A stretch of DNA of 64,000 nucleotides from Actinomycetota bacterium. Its GTDB lineage: Bacteria > Actinomycetota > Coriobacteriia > Anaerosomatales > JAUXNU01. The stretch spans positions 14,597 through 78,596 of the forward strand of contig JAUXNU010000127.1 in NCBI GenBank assembly GCA_030682655.1, read 5' to 3'. The position numbers were made by a program, and so were the translations under genes. The notes under the pieces were generated by a model. The model saw nothing but the letters and a program-made list of their open reading frames with translations. It ran no database searches and was not told where the DNA came from. The number at the start of each line of letters is the position of its first letter. Position 1 is the first letter of the stretch. Shown piece after piece: positions 63,253 through 64,000 of the stretch.

Positions 63253-63404
63253 CGTCTCACCCCCTCCCGAGCAGTCAGTCTTGCACAATCGGGGCCAACA
63301 CCAAGACACGCCCCGGGACCTTACAATGAGTGTGCCCCAAGCAGCCACACTTTGCCACGTATCGGTCACGAGAATGCGCGAAGCCCGTCGTGAGGAGCGA
63401 GTCC

Positions 63405-64000
63405 GTGAGTGATAGCGGGACGTCGATCGCACTACCCGGTCCGCGGCTCGAGCGCTTCACAGATCGCGGAGTCTCCGTCTGGGTTGACCCGGGACTTGCC
63501 GAGGCCGGCATAGCCGTTGCCTTCACGGAGCGCGGAGGCGGCGCGAGCAGCGCACCGTATGACTCCCTGAATCTTGCGGCACACGTTGGCGACGACCTTG
63601 CGCGAGTCGACGAGAACCGTTCGCGAGTTCTGGCGCTCCTTGGCATGTCGGACTTGAGGGACAGACTCGTGAGCGCAGTGCAGGTGCATGGCGACCGCAT
63701 CCGTCTGCTTGGCGGACACGACGCCGGTCGCGGAGCGTTCGCTTCTGGAGGGCGGAATCCAGTCCCGGGAACCGACGCTATGGTGACGCTCTCGGCCGGT
63801 ATGCCGCTTGTGATGCTGTATGCGGATTGCGTGCCACTGGTCCTCGCGACACTGACTCCGGTGCGCTGTGTGGCTGTCGTGCATGCGGGGTGGAAGGGCG
63901 CACTTGCGCGCTTGCCGGAGAAGGCCGTGCGTGTCCTGTGCGATGCAGCTGGTTGTGAGGCCCGCTCGGCGCGTGCGTACGTGGGTCCTCGCATCGGACC
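63405..64000 (+). CDS. pgeF: PgeF/YfiH-family (laccase-domain, peptidoglycan editing factor) protein, 5' part (3' end outside window)
   Basis: Not in the ORF track because it is open at the window end. GTG 63405 lies 7 nt after GAGGAG. My translation contains SLNLAAHVGDD, VQVHG, DAMVT, ADCVPLVL and HAGWKG, the YfiH hallmarks. Confidence 0.8.
   Translation, partial: MSDSGTSIALPGPRLERFTDRGVSVWVDPGLAEAGIAVAFTERGGGASSAPYDSLNLAAHVGDDLARVDENRSRVLALLGMSDLRDRLVSAVQVHGDRIRLLGGHDAGRGAFASGGRNPVPGTDAMVTLSAGMPLVMLYADCVPLVLATLTPVRCVAVVHAGWKGALARLPEKAVRVLCDAAGCEARSARAYVGPRIG

Noticed and set aside
63275-63994. 239-aa - strand ORF at the window end
   Set aside because: It is antisense to the + strand frame that contains the YfiH/PgeF hallmarks (SLNLAAHVGDD, HAGWKG). 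The + ORF is missing from the track only because it runs off the window.
1-64000. Screen for CRISPR arrays, rRNA/tRNA genes, IS elements, prophage, toxin-antitoxin or defence genes
   Set aside because: Reading the intergenic gaps and the ORF translations, I saw no spaced direct-repeat arrays, no transposase or phage-like ORFs, and no structured-RNA genes. The only recombinase is the housekeeping xerD.

Overview
GC-rich bacterial chromosomal window. Third codon positions are mostly G/C, GTG and TTG starts are frequent, and many neighbouring genes overlap by 1-10 nt at start/stop. About 55 of roughly 60 genes are on the + strand. I found no rRNA, tRNA, CRISPR array, transposase or integrase other than xerD, so this looks like core chromosome, not a mobile island. 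Gene order: (1) 1-10925, a secretin-less type IV pilus locus: pilB 3' end, pilT, pilC, major pilin, pilD, three prepilin-leader or PilX-like proteins (two unusually large), pilM, pilN, pilO and a bitopic protein with a PilP-like C-terminus. (2) aroC-aroK-aroB-aroQ, an M24 Xaa-Pro peptidase and efp. (3) A two-subunit biotin carboxylase system (carboxyltransferase+BCCP fusion, then biotin carboxylase), followed by asp23, nusB, xseB, dxs, tlyA, nadK and recN. (4) steA and an mctB-like gene. (5) A divergently transcribed envelope module: murJ and a GT2 on the - strand, then a 771-aa secreted-domain/polytopic membrane protein and an atypical MraY/WecA-like transferase on the + strand, with a 26-bp perfect palindrome abutting the first + gene. 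(6) pyrG, an M20 peptidase, a DUF3866-like protein, ald and xerD. (7) A BMP-family ABC uptake system. (8) A DUF4349-like lipoprotein and small membrane ORFs on the - strand. (9) A complete dcw cluster, mraZ to ftsZ, with no ftsA and with murB included, preceded by a 10-bp-periodic GTGG[G/C]A box array. (10) A proline-rich small membrane protein on the - strand and the 5' part of pgeF/yfiH. The synteny resembles Actinomycetota (the tlyA-nadK-recN-steA-mctB-pyrG...xerD order known from Mycobacterium), with some Firmicutes-like stretches. The most interesting candidates for new biology are the envelope module at 27.8-33.7 kb with its palindrome, the giant pilin-like proteins, and the coupled M20/DUF3866 pair. 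All functional calls rest on reading motifs in the supplied translations. No database search was run.
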